In this document: piece by piece, positions 8,252-16,657 of the stretch | Layout: every line of letters starts with the position of its first letter | How positions within the stretch are numbered: the first letter of the stretch is position 1 | The notes under the pieces: model-generated | What the model was told of the DNA's origin: nothing | Database searches by the model: none | What the model saw: only the letters and a program-made list of their open reading frames with translations | IMG/VR virus record: IMGVR_UViG_3300042997_002640 | Coordinates: 1-45,041 of that record | Source of the DNA: a virus | Taxonomy: Duplodnaviria; Caudoviricetes | Length of the DNA stretch: 45,041 bases | Reading direction: 5' to 3' (one strand) | Made by a program: the position numbers and the translations under genes

Positions 8252-9007
8252 ATGACCGACGCGAACAGCGCGGCGCTGGCGATGGCCAGTTCCGCGAATT
8301 CCCTTTCTTTGTCTGTCGCGCCGACCGTCGTTATCATAGGCGCCGCAACGCTGTATCTCGGCGACAGTTACGAGATACTCCCCCGCCTCGGCTGGGTTGA
8401 TGTGCTTGTGACCGACCCGCCCTATGAGTTCCGCGCCGAAGGCGGCGGGCACTATCGTGATTCCCGGCAGGGAATGGATCAGATCCTAGCCGAAGAACTG
8501 AGCGACGGGTTCGACCACAGCATCATCAATCCGCTCCTGTGCGGATCGGTCGTCGTCTTCTGCCACAACGACCAGTTGCCTAAGCTGCTGCCCTATCTGG
8601 ATGGCAGCTTTGAGCGGCAAGCCGTTTGCATCTGGCGGAAGAAGAACCCGCAGCCGGTTGCCAACAAACATTATCGGCCTGTCTTTGAATTTTACATTCA
8701 CGCCTGGAACCGTGGCTCGCATCCTCGGGGCACCCTGGCCGACCTTGATCGCGAGATCATCGCCATGTCGCCGCGCGGTGCGGCCAAATTCGGGCACGCG
8801 ACCGTGAAGCCCGATCAGGTGATGGACAAAATCATCACCAACTGCGCGCCTGGCCTGATCTGCGATCCTTTCATGGGCACCGGTTCGACTGGCGTCGCCG
8901 CAGTGAAGGCTGGCCGCCAATTCATCGGGATCGAGAAAAACCCGAAGCACTTCGCGACCGCCTGCGCCCGGCTGGCCGCGGTGCAGGGACTGGAGGCCGC
9001 TGCGTGA
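8252..9007 (+). CDS. Orphan N6-adenine/N4-cytosine DNA methyltransferase (beta class)
   Basis: LVTDPPY before HATVKP and DPFMGTGSTG. Confidence 0.92.
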   Translation: MTDANSAALAMASSANSLSLSVAPTVVIIGAATLYLGDSYEILPRLGWVDVLVTDPPYEFRAEGGGHYRDSRQGMDQILAEELSDGFDHSIINPLLCGSVVVFCHNDQLPKLLPYLDGSFERQAVCIWRKKNPQPVANKHYRPVFEFYIHAWNRGSHPRGTLADLDREIIAMSPRGAAKFGHATVKPDQVMDKIITNCAPGLICDPFMGTGSTGVAAVKAGRQFIGIEKNPKHFATACARLAAVQGLEAAA

Positions 9008-9249
9008 TCCGCCGCTACCGCCGCCGCACCTTCGCCGAGGTCACCGCGCAGGCGCGCGCTGACGAACGCGCCCAAGTCGCGCAGTTCGGCCGCTGGCAGA
9101 TCGCCGCCGTCGCCAACCTCATCGCCGCCGGGCGGGTCGATGCCGAAAGCGGCTCGCTCCTGTCGTCCCGGCTGGAAGCCTTTGTCGAGCAGGTCGAGCA
9201 GGGCCTGCACCTTTCCACCAACACGCCTGCTCAAGGAGAAAAGAAGTGA
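9004..9249 (+). CDS. Hypothetical phage protein (81 aa)
   Basis: GTGA-coupled. Confidence 0.65.
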   Translation: MIRRYRRRTFAEVTAQARADERAQVAQFGRWQIAAVANLIAAGRVDAESGSLLSSRLEAFVEQVEQGLHLSTNTPAQGEKK

Positions 9250-9662
9250 CCGACGCTATGATGGCGGGCGATCCGAATGGACCGCGCCGCGCCGCGGACG
9301 GCGGGCATGTGCCCGGCGCCTGCAATACGATGGGCGAGTTCATCCGCTCGCTCGAAGACGGCCAGTTCGACGCCGATTGCTACGAAGAGGTCAAGGATCT
9401 GTCGGCGGCGCTGGCCGAACACGCCTGGCGCAATGGCGGCAAAGCCAAGGGCAAGGTGACCCTGACGATCGACTTCACCCAGGACGGCGGCCTGACCGAG
9501 ATCAAGGCCAAGTTCAAGGTGACTAAGCCCGAGGACCACCGCGCCAAGTCGGTGATGTGGCGGACGGAAGACAACCGTTTCACCCGCACCCAGCCCAACC
9601 AGCAGCAGCTTTTCGGCATCCGCGATGTGAGCGGACCGGCCGAGCGCCCCCGCGACTACTGA
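9246..9662 (+). CDS. Conserved prophage protein, partner of DUF2303
   Basis: KAKGKVTLTIDF...QPNQQQLF; upstream of DUF2303. Confidence 0.75.
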   Translation: MTDAMMAGDPNGPRRAADGGHVPGACNTMGEFIRSLEDGQFDADCYEEVKDLSAALAEHAWRNGGKAKGKVTLTIDFTQDGGLTEIKAKFKVTKPEDHRAKSVMWRTEDNRFTRTQPNQQQLFGIRDVSGPAERPRDY

Positions 9663-9678
9663 TCCACCACAGGAGAAT

Positions 9679-10605
9679 ATGACCATGGAAATCGAAGAAA
9701 AAGGCTGCGTCCGCGAGGCGCGCGAACTGGTCGAGGCTTATATCAAGCCCGTCCTGACGAGCATCAGCGATCCGACCGGCGGCGTCGTGGCGCCGTTCGC
9801 GATGACGCCGGGCGGCGCGCAGGTGATCCCTGCGAAGGCGTTCGACGACTATCGCTCCCAGCCCGTCCGCCGCATTGGCGTCGCGCACCTCACCTCGCTC
9901 GATAGCATCATTGCCCACGCCCTGCGCTTCAAGGATGAGGACAGCGCGATCTTCGCCAACGACGACCGCAAGGCTCCGTCGTTGACGGTCGTGCTCGACT
10001 ATCACCGCATCGGCGCGGACAGCGACCCGCGCTTCGGCCAGCACCGCGCCCACTTCGCGTTTCCGCTGTCGGACGAGTGGACGGCATGGACCGAGCAGGA
10101 CGGCCAGCAGATGCGCATGGTCGAGTTCGCCGAATTCCTCGAAGACCGGATCATCGACGTCCTCTATGTCATCCCCGAAGAGGACGAGCTTTCCGACGAC
10201 CTGAAGAAGTTCATCAATGCGGGCGGCGGTGAAGCTACGATCGCGACGCCCCAGCGCCTTGTCGAACTGGCGCGCGGCCTTCAGGTGCATGAAAGCTCGG
10301 CGGTGCGGGAAGTCCGCAACCTGTCGACCGGCGAGGCCCAGATCAGCTTCACCTCGGAGCACACGGACGCCAACGGCGAACCGCTGCGCATCCCGGGCCT
10401 GTTCCTGATCGGCATCCCCGTCTTCCGCAACGGCCCGATCTACCGGATCGCCGCCCGGCTCCGGTACCGCAAGACGCCGACTGGCGTGGTGTTCTGGTAT
10501 GACCTGTGGCGCACCGATCGCGTTTTCGATCACGCCTTCAAGGAGTCGTGCGAGCGCGCGGAGATCGAAACCGAGCTTCCCCTGTTCTTCGGCAAGCCGG
10601 AATAA
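9679..10605 (+). CDS. DUF2303 (YfdQ-like) protein
   Basis: VLDYH, HRAHFAFPLSDEW, FAEFLED, IGIPVF, ARLRYR. Confidence 0.88.
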   Translation: MTMEIEEKGCVREARELVEAYIKPVLTSISDPTGGVVAPFAMTPGGAQVIPAKAFDDYRSQPVRRIGVAHLTSLDSIIAHALRFKDEDSAIFANDDRKAPSLTVVLDYHRIGADSDPRFGQHRAHFAFPLSDEWTAWTEQDGQQMRMVEFAEFLEDRIIDVLYVIPEEDELSDDLKKFINAGGGEATIATPQRLVELARGLQVHESSAVREVRNLSTGEAQISFTSEHTDANGEPLRIPGLFLIGIPVFRNGPIYRIAARLRYRKTPTGVVFWYDLWRTDRVFDHAFKESCERAEIETELPLFFGKPE

Positions 10606-10609
10606 TCCG

Positions 10610-11188
10610 ATGAAGCACCGGGAGCATTCGTATCACAAAGGCGTGCACGGGCGGAGGATTTCCATCCGCCCTGGCATCGGCAGCCCGACGATGGTCGCGT
10701 TCGTGAAATGCACGAAGTGCCCGACGGAAGGGTCCCGGAACCTGCGTGCGCGGATGCCCCCGGAGCAGATCGACAAGAAATTCACGCAGGCCGGCTGGGC
10801 GCTCGATCCGCACATCTGCCCCGGCTGCCGCACCCAGGCCAGCAATGAGAGGAAAGCCATGTCGGCCAAGCCTTCGCCCGACGCCATGCGCGCCCAGGGC
10901 CAGATGTTTCACCTGTTGCAGACCCATTTCGACCCGAACAAGGGCGCTTTCGCCCAAGGATGGGACGACAAGCGAGTTGCCGCCGACACGGGCCTGTCGG
11001 AAACCGTCGTCATCGAGTTCCGGGAAGCCTGCTTCGGCAAGCTGAAGGAGCCGGCGGAAATCACGGCGCTGCGGAGCGACATCGCCGCGCTGGAAAAGCT
11101 GCATCAGGAATCGTCCGCCTCCTTCGTGGCAGAGATCGCCAACCTCAAGAAGCAGATGGGCGCCATCAGCGCCAAGTGGGCGTTCTGA
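10610..11188 (+). CDS. Hypothetical Zn-finger/coiled-coil phage protein
   Basis: CTKC...CPGC; WDDKRVA; C-terminal coiled coil. Confidence 0.7.
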   Translation: MKHREHSYHKGVHGRRISIRPGIGSPTMVAFVKCTKCPTEGSRNLRARMPPEQIDKKFTQAGWALDPHICPGCRTQASNERKAMSAKPSPDAMRAQGQMFHLLQTHFDPNKGAFAQGWDDKRVAADTGLSETVVIEFREACFGKLKEPAEITALRSDIAALEKLHQESSASFVAEIANLKKQMGAISAKWAF

Positions 11189-11190
11189 TC

Positions 11191-11376
11191 ATGGGCACGC
11201 TCTATATCCGCGCCCGGCTGGTGAACGCCTATCGCCGGATCTTCCCGCACCCCGCGGTCGTCGCCATGCGCGAGCGGCGCCGGGTGGCGAACAAGGCCGT
11301 CGTTTCGACCAAGCGCCGCGACCATGCGGCCATCATGGCGAAAGCCGCCCAGCTTCGCGGGGAGGCGCGCGACTGA
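11191..11376 (+). CDS. Small basic protein (61 aa)
   Basis: Fills the operon gap; TGATG-coupled to the next gene. Confidence 0.55.
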   Translation: MGTLYIRARLVNAYRRIFPHPAVVAMRERRRVANKAVVSTKRRDHAAIMAKAAQLRGEARD

Positions 11377-12020
11377 TGGGCCGCCGGAAATCCACCGCGG
11401 CTTTGGTGCCCTGCTCGAATGCGTGCGGCCGGTCGTACGAGCCGTTCAAGGGCCGGAAGACGACGCTTTGCTATCCGTGCTCGCTCAGTGCGAACGGGCG
11501 CAATCCCAAGAAGAACGAGAAGAACCGCGCGGCGATGCTCCGTCGGCTCGCCGATCCGGCGATTCGCGCTGAGACCTTGCGCATCGCCCAGGAGGGACGC
11601 CGGCGGAAGCTGGCGGAGGATCCTGAGTTCCGGGCCCGGTGGCAGGAAATGGGGCGCGCGCTGGGCAAATCGAATGCGATGCACAACAAGCACCCGAAGG
11701 GCTCGCCCGCGCGCATGAAGGCGGCAGCGACCCGGACCGAAACGATGCTCGGCTGGTGCCCGCTTGAGTATCGGGACGAATATCGCCGCCTGATCCACTC
11801 GAAGAGGCTGCGCGCTGCCTACGCACGCGCTGTCATCGAAGCACAGATCAAGGACGATGCCCAAAAGCAGCGCGCCCGGGCCGCGAAGGCTCAGCGTCTC
11901 TCCTTCGATGAACAGCTCGCTCGCATCCGGGAGGGCAAGGCATCCGTCGTGGCGAAGTTCACGCCGTCGGCGGACACAGGCCCTTACACGCTGGGCGGCG
12001 TCGCCTCGGGGATGATCTGA
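11376..12020 (+). CDS. Basic hypothetical protein with N-terminal Zn finger (214 aa)
   Basis: CSNACG...CYPC; Arg/Lys-rich; coupled. Confidence 0.7.
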   Translation: MGRRKSTAALVPCSNACGRSYEPFKGRKTTLCYPCSLSANGRNPKKNEKNRAAMLRRLADPAIRAETLRIAQEGRRRKLAEDPEFRARWQEMGRALGKSNAMHNKHPKGSPARMKAAATRTETMLGWCPLEYRDEYRRLIHSKRLRAAYARAVIEAQIKDDAQKQRARAAKAQRLSFDEQLARIREGKASVVAKFTPSADTGPYTLGGVASGMI

Positions 12021-12460
12021 TGGCGGCGCCCTGGTTCATGCAGGAGGCTCGGAAGCGCACGGCGGGCAAGAGGCGATCAGGCAGCGGCAAGCGTGCTGAC
12101 GGCATGGCCGAGCGCCCCGTGCAGCGCGGCGCCATTCGCCTGCTCGCCATGCATGGTGTCGAAGCCGTCCACGTGCCGAACGGTACGCACTTGGCGGGCG
12201 ACAAGCTGGCGCGCATCAAGCAGATGGCCGCGCTTCGGAAGGATGGTCTTCGTCCCGGCTTCCCCGACCTGATCCTGTTCAACCGCAAGGTGCAGCTTCA
12301 GGTCGGCTTCCTCGAAGTGAAACGCGAGATCGGCAATGACCTTTCCGAGGATCAAGAGGACTGGCGCGATGATCTGATCGCGTGGGGCTTCCCTTGGGCA
12401 ATGATCCGCCTGCCGGAAGAGGCGGTTGCCGCCATCCGCGAATGGGGGTGGATCCGGTGA
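12020..12460 (+). CDS. VRR-NUC (PD-(D/E)xK) nuclease / resolvase
   Basis: HVPNG, GLRPGFPDLIL, FLEVKR, LSEDQ. Confidence 0.88.
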   Translation: MAAPWFMQEARKRTAGKRRSGSGKRADGMAERPVQRGAIRLLAMHGVEAVHVPNGTHLAGDKLARIKQMAALRKDGLRPGFPDLILFNRKVQLQVGFLEVKREIGNDLSEDQEDWRDDLIAWGFPWAMIRLPEEAVAAIREWGWIR

Positions 12461-13206
12461 GCATCCGCGTCATGTCCCTGGTCTGGGAAATCAACCTTCC
12501 CGACAGCGAGAAGATCGTCCTTCTCGCGCTGGCCGACTGCGCCAACGATGAGGGGCAATGCTGGCCGTCCATGGCGACGCTGGCAAAGAAGTGCAGCAAG
12601 ACCGACCGGACCGTGCAAGCGGCCATGAAGAGCCTGGTAGCGGCTGGCCATGTAACGCGCACCGAAGTTCCGGGCCGCGGCTGCCGCTACAGCGTCCACC
12701 CTGTTGCATGCCCCGAAAAGACTTCGCCCCCGAAGCCGCTTCGCCCCGAAGCCGCTTCGCCCCGAAAGGATTTCCCCCCGAAGGGAACGACGGGAACCCC
12801 CGAAGCCGCTTCGGACAAACCGTCAAGAACCATTCCCTCAGATGCTGACGCATCTTCGGGGAAGCGTGCGACGCGCCTGCCGGAAGATTGGCAGCCTGAG
12901 ATGCTTCGCCCCGGCACTGTGTCATTCGACATCGTGAGCCGGTGGGAGCCTGGGCGGCTGGAGCGGGAGCTGTCCCGTTTCCGGGATCACTGGGCAGCCG
13001 CGAGCGGGAGCAAAGCCCGCAAGCACGACTGGCAGGCCGCATGGCGGACCTGGATCACCAACGCAGAGGAGTTCGGAAACCGCAATGACCGTTCAAACCG
13101 CGATAACCGCCGCCACACCTCCGACGACATCCGTGACCCGCTGGTGCGAGCCGTCGTTGCCCGCCAAGCTCGACGCGCTGGTGGGGCAGGGCCTGAGCCT
13201 TTCTGA
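12457..13206 (+). CDS. Replication initiator (N-terminal wHTH)
   Basis: EKIVLLALADCANDEGQCWPSMATLAKKC; RLPEDWQP; DWQAAWRTW. Confidence 0.85.
   Translation: MSIRVMSLVWEINLPDSEKIVLLALADCANDEGQCWPSMATLAKKCSKTDRTVQAAMKSLVAAGHVTRTEVPGRGCRYSVHPVACPEKTSPPKPLRPEAASPRKDFPPKGTTGTPEAASDKPSRTIPSDADASSGKRATRLPEDWQPEMLRPGTVSFDIVSRWEPGRLERELSRFRDHWAAASGSKARKHDWQAAWRTWITNAEEFGNRNDRSNRDNRRHTSDDIRDPLVRAVVARQARRAGGAGPEPF
12711..12813. repeat. Iterons within the initiator gene (probable phage ori)
   Basis: CCCCGAA(GCCGCTTCG) units at 12711, 12728, 12744, 12760, 12776, 12798 (about 16-bp period). Confidence 0.8.
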
Positions 13207-13657
13207 AATGCCCGTCGTCGGTCCGATCAGCGCTGGTCACCTCCAGGCATATGTCGACGCCAGCGTGCCGCCCGCGCCGCAGCTTGGCCAGATCGAAACC
13301 ATGATGGGAAAGCTGTCGATCGCGTTGCCGAAGCGGGAGATGTCGGACGAGGAAGCGAACGAGCGCCTCGACCTCTATTGGCAGGCGCTGAAACGGCATG
13401 CCCTCCCGGATCTCCAGCAGGCGTTCATGACGCTGCTGCGTACCTGCAAGTTCTTCCCCACCATCGCCGAAATCGAAGCCGCCGTCGCGCCCATCCGTGG
13501 CCGCCGCACGCGCCGTCTCGTCGCCGCCCGTCTGCTGCTGATGAAGCATCAACGCGAATGGCGGCCTTCGGGAGAACCGCTGACGGCGGACGAGGTGAGG
13601 CAGTTGGGCAGCATCCTCGCCGATCCGATGGGCCATAAGGCAGGAGAGGCGGCATGA
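13085..13657 (+). CDS. Helicase loader/inhibitor-like replication partner (start may be 13208)
   Basis: Downstream of the initiator; YWQAL...CKFFPTIAEI motif. Confidence 0.7.
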   Translation: MTVQTAITAATPPTTSVTRWCEPSLPAKLDALVGQGLSLSEMPVVGPISAGHLQAYVDASVPPAPQLGQIETMMGKLSIALPKREMSDEEANERLDLYWQALKRHALPDLQQAFMTLLRTCKFFPTIAEIEAAVAPIRGRRTRRLVAARLLLMKHQREWRPSGEPLTADEVRQLGSILADPMGHKAGEAA

Positions 13658-13869
13658 ACATCAGGACCGCGCGCAGGCTGTCCGGTCTGACCAGGGCGCG
13701 CTTCGCGTCTGCCGTGGGCGTCAGCGTGGGTACGCTCAAGCGCTACGAACGGGGAACCCGCTTCCCGACCGAGCGGCGCGTGATCGCGATCGAGCAGTGC
13801 CTCACTCGGCTGGGCGTGAACCTGGCCGACCTCGACCAGCCGCTGGCCATCGGCACCGCGCATCAGTAG
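13654..13869 (+). CDS. XRE-family HTH regulator (71 aa)
   Basis: GLTRARFASAVGVSVGTLKRYERGTRFP. Confidence 0.85.
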   Translation: MNIRTARRLSGLTRARFASAVGVSVGTLKRYERGTRFPTERRVIAIEQCLTRLGVNLADLDQPLAIGTAHQ

Positions 13870-13883
13870 AACAAGAAGAGAAC
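13869..13883. promoter_or_regulatory. Alphaproteobacterial LexA (SOS) box overlapping a putative -10
   Basis: GAAC-AAGAAGA-GAAC; TGGCCA-N17-TAGAAC promoter-like. Confidence 0.75.
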
Positions 13884-13896
13884 GGAGTTTACGGGC

Positions 13897-14952
13897 ATGG
13901 CGGACAAGCCGAAGTTTGAAATCGTAAATCGGCTGGGCGAGGTGTTCGAGGGCGACACGCCCAGCGCAGCGCGTGCGGCCATGATTGCGGCGGCTCGGCA
14001 GGCGTTGATTGACGACGCGGCCCGCTGCCCTGAGAAGGTGACGGCGCTGAATGCCCGCCTAGCGCGCATGGATGCCGCCCGCAAGCGCGAGCGGCAGCGG
14101 ATCGAGCATCTTGTCCTGGGCCGGCCGCGTCCTATGGAGCGGGTGACGGAGGGTAAGCGCAAGGGGCGCCGCAAGCCGAAGATGATCGATCGTCCTGTGC
14201 GGCTGGAGCCGGGCATTGAGGAGGCGGTGCAGATCCGGGAGGCGTGGGATCACAAGGCCTATGGTACGCCGGAGACCTGGGACCGCTCCACACGCACGCA
14301 TGATGGCTCGCTGGTGCAACTGCACCGCAACGGCACCATCGACAAGGATCAACTTGAATGGGCAGCCCAGATCGCGAATGTCTATCGCAGTTTGGAGGCG
14401 GACGTTGCGGTCAAGGTCGCCAGTCTGGAGGCGCGCGTCGACCAATCGAAGCGTCTTGGCGGGCAGGCCGCGGAGAGCGTCTACCGCGTCCGCATGCATC
14501 TCGCCTATGGCTATTGGCGGGACATGCTGCCGATGCCCAAGCAGATGGTGCTCGACATGGTCGTCGGCGACACGATCGGCTATTCCGTCGCCGCGCATCG
14601 CTATCGCGTCCACAAGCGCAAGGCCAAGCGCTTCCTGCTCGACGCGCTGAACCGCTGGCCCATGTGCGTGGCGCACGCCTTCTCTATGGTGGACCGGGGG
14701 ACCGTTGCAGCCCTCAACGCTGGGCAGAAGGTCATGCCGGGGTGGCTGGCCGGACCGGCGCGCCGCGGCGCTGTGAAGGCTGAGCAGCACGTCGTTGATG
14801 CTCTGGAGAATGCGGATGCGCAGATCACGACGGGCCACCTCTATGACATCGACCCTGAGTTCTTGGACGAGCGCGGATTGTTGAAGGAATGGAGCGACAT
14901 AGCGGACATCATCCGTTCGCGATTCGGCGCGGTGGAAGACGAGGCAGCGTAG
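13897..14952 (+). CDS. Late-gene regulator / antiterminator, DUF6456-like domain
   Basis: Q position; LVQLHRNGTIDKDQLEWAAQI...VLDMVVGD...FLLDAL resembles DUF6456 (by eye). Confidence 0.6.
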   Translation: MADKPKFEIVNRLGEVFEGDTPSAARAAMIAAARQALIDDAARCPEKVTALNARLARMDAARKRERQRIEHLVLGRPRPMERVTEGKRKGRRKPKMIDRPVRLEPGIEEAVQIREAWDHKAYGTPETWDRSTRTHDGSLVQLHRNGTIDKDQLEWAAQIANVYRSLEADVAVKVASLEARVDQSKRLGGQAAESVYRVRMHLAYGYWRDMLPMPKQMVLDMVVGDTIGYSVAAHRYRVHKRKAKRFLLDALNRWPMCVAHAFSMVDRGTVAALNAGQKVMPGWLAGPARRGAVKAEQHVVDALENADAQITTGHLYDIDPEFLDERGLLKEWSDIADIIRSRFGAVEDEAA

Positions 14953-15054
14953 GTGCAGTTCACTTTTTGGCTTGCAAGTGGCCCCGAAATGTTCCAAAAA
15001 CGGCCTTGGATAAATCCGCCCGATGCACATGCGCCGGGCGGATTTGTCGTTTCT

Positions 15055-15129
15055 GCTGGGGTAGCTCAACGGCAGAGCCGCTCACTCGTAATGAGAAGGT
15101 TGCGGGTTCAAGTCCCGCCCCTAGCTCCA
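15055..15129 (+). tRNA. Phage tRNA-Thr(CGT) with encoded CCA
   Basis: Acceptor GCTGGGG/CCCTAGC, D arm GCTC/GAGC, anticodon loop CTCGTAA, T arm GCGGG-TTCAAGT-CCCGC. Confidence 0.93.
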
Positions 15130-15212
15130 GTTCCCCCGGCAACGGTGGAAGCCGCTGGCCTTTCGGTAACCCCTGAGATGGAGGGGTCAGCGGCAGTCAT
15201 TCAGGAGGCGGT

Positions 15213-15482
15213 ATGACCGACACCATCCCGCGCCGCATGTCGGTTGATGACGAGACGGTCGATTGGTCTATTGCTCCGCACCTGTCTATCAGCGTGGATG
15301 GCGTCGAGCAGCAGCAGGTTATCTCCTACGACATCGACGCTGGGCTGATCGTGAAGTTCGCGATGGACGGTGAAGGCAAGGCCGTCGTGCGAGATGACGA
15401 GCGGGTGACTGAGGAAGTGCGGGGCGTCGTCACCGTGACCATGCGATCTGATGCCGAGCCGTCCGCCCGCGCTGAGGGCTAA
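15213..15482 (+). CDS. Hypothetical acidic protein (89 aa)
   Basis: AGGAGG RBS. Confidence 0.7.
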   Translation: MTDTIPRRMSVDDETVDWSIAPHLSISVDGVEQQQVISYDIDAGLIVKFAMDGEGKAVVRDDERVTEEVRGVVTVTMRSDAEPSARAEG

Positions 15483-15789
15483 GCCACGCGAGCGCGTTGA
15501 ACGGCTGCGGGGTAGAGCCGGACAGGAGCAGCGAAAGCGTCGCCTCGCTCGCACCGATGGATTGTGCGAGAGATGCGAAGAGAGAGGCTTCACCACTTTT
15601 GCGACTGTCGTCGATCACATCAAACCGCTCGCGCTGGGCGGCAGCGATGACGACAGCAACACGCGCAACCTCTGCGACCCATGCCATCATGAGGTCACGG
15701 CTGAGCAGTTCGACCAGCACCGCACCATGGGGTGCAGTGCTGACGGTCTGCCCCTCGACCCGTCGCACCCATGGAATCTCGTGCGCTGA
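15451..15789 (+). CDS. HNH endonuclease (packaging-associated)
   Basis: LCERC, VVDHIKPLALGG, NTRNLCDPCH; precedes terS. Confidence 0.9.
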   Translation: MPSRPPALRAKPRERVERLRGRAGQEQRKRRLARTDGLCERCEERGFTTFATVVDHIKPLALGGSDDDSNTRNLCDPCHHEVTAEQFDQHRTMGCSADGLPLDPSHPWNLVR

Positions 15790-15860
15790 ACCGCCCCCGG
15801 GGTGAAAAGTCTGAGGCCCCTCGCGTTGGACACCGGCGCCCCTTCAACTTCAATTGCTAA
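15790..15860. other. Candidate cos region
   Basis: Intergenic between HNH and terS, where HK97-like phages carry cos; CCCCCGGGG...AAAAGT...GACACCGGCGCC. Exact cut site cannot be determined. Confidence 0.4.
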
Positions 15861-15875
15861 TACAGGATTTGCTCT

Positions 15876-16346
15876 ATGGCCCGTCGCCAGCGCGTTGACA
15901 GCGCGGCCGGCGCCGTGGCCGTGATGGCGGCGGCGGCGCGCGACCTGTCGCCCCCGTCCCATTTGAAGCTCCGCCGAGGCGACAAGCCATTTTGGGAAGC
16001 GGTGATTTCCGAGCGCGCGAAGTCCGAATGGACGGACGCCGATCTAGCGGTTGCGGCCAACTTGGCTCGCGCCATGGCCGACGCCGAAAAAGTTGCGGCC
16101 TTTACGGTCGATCGCGGGGGCAATGTGAAGGTGTCCACAATGATGATGACGATCGAGGCGAGCGACAAGCTTGCCCGTCGGATCGTCACGCTTCGGCGGG
16201 CGCTGGGGCTGGATAACCGGGCAAAGAACGGGGAACAGCGCGACGTCAACAAGCGGCGCGAGCAGGCGAAAGAGATCGAGGCCGGTCACAACCCGATGGC
16301 CTCCGATGACGATGATTTGCTGGCACGGCCCAGCTCGTTGAACTGA
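15876..16346 (+). CDS. terS: Terminase small subunit
   Basis: Position; PPSHLKL...FWEAV...EWT...LRRALGL. Confidence 0.75.
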   Translation: MARRQRVDSAAGAVAVMAAAARDLSPPSHLKLRRGDKPFWEAVISERAKSEWTDADLAVAANLARAMADAEKVAAFTVDRGGNVKVSTMMMTIEASDKLARRIVTLRRALGLDNRAKNGEQRDVNKRREQAKEIEAGHNPMASDDDDLLARPSSLN

Positions 16347-16354
16347 GGTGGCCG

Positions 16355-16657
16355 ATGTCGCAACGAGGTACCGGCCGGACAATTCGCCAGCTTGAGCGGC
16401 TGCCGGATGGCGGGTTTTTCCTTGTGCCCAACCATTGCATCCGGCGGCACTGTCAAGGTTTGCTTCGCGACTCCGGGCGTGATCCGCGCTCCATCAATAT
16501 CGTTACGGCCGACTTAGCCGAACGTGACATCTGGGGCGTGCGCGTCAAAGCGTGGGACGTTGATCACGCCTATTTCGAGGTGGCCGGACGGCGCGGGCAG
16601 CGCGCATTCGACTGTCTGGGGATGGCCGCCGGTAAGGGGCCATTGTCGCACGAGTGA
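16355..16657 (+). CDS. Hypothetical protein inserted between terS and terL (100 aa)
   Basis: GAGG RBS; GTGA-coupled to terL. Confidence 0.7.
   Translation: MSQRGTGRTIRQLERLPDGGFFLVPNHCIRRHCQGLLRDSGRDPRSINIVTADLAERDIWGVRVKAWDVDHAYFEVAGRRGQRAFDCLGMAAGKGPLSHE

Noticed and set aside
12711-12813. 16-bp periodic repeats as a CRISPR-like array
   Set aside because: No unique spacers and no cas genes. They lie inside the initiator gene, as lambdoid ori iterons do.
3056-13657. Many proteins ending in -EAA/-AA as systematic ClpXP degrons
   Set aside because: Mostly explained by GGAGGC-GGC-ATGA-type RBS and stop-start coupling. Kept only as a remark for the TAC antitoxin.
15130-15200. Second tRNA after tRNA-Thr
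   Set aside because: The stems do not form a cloverleaf, and there is no T-loop consensus or CCA.
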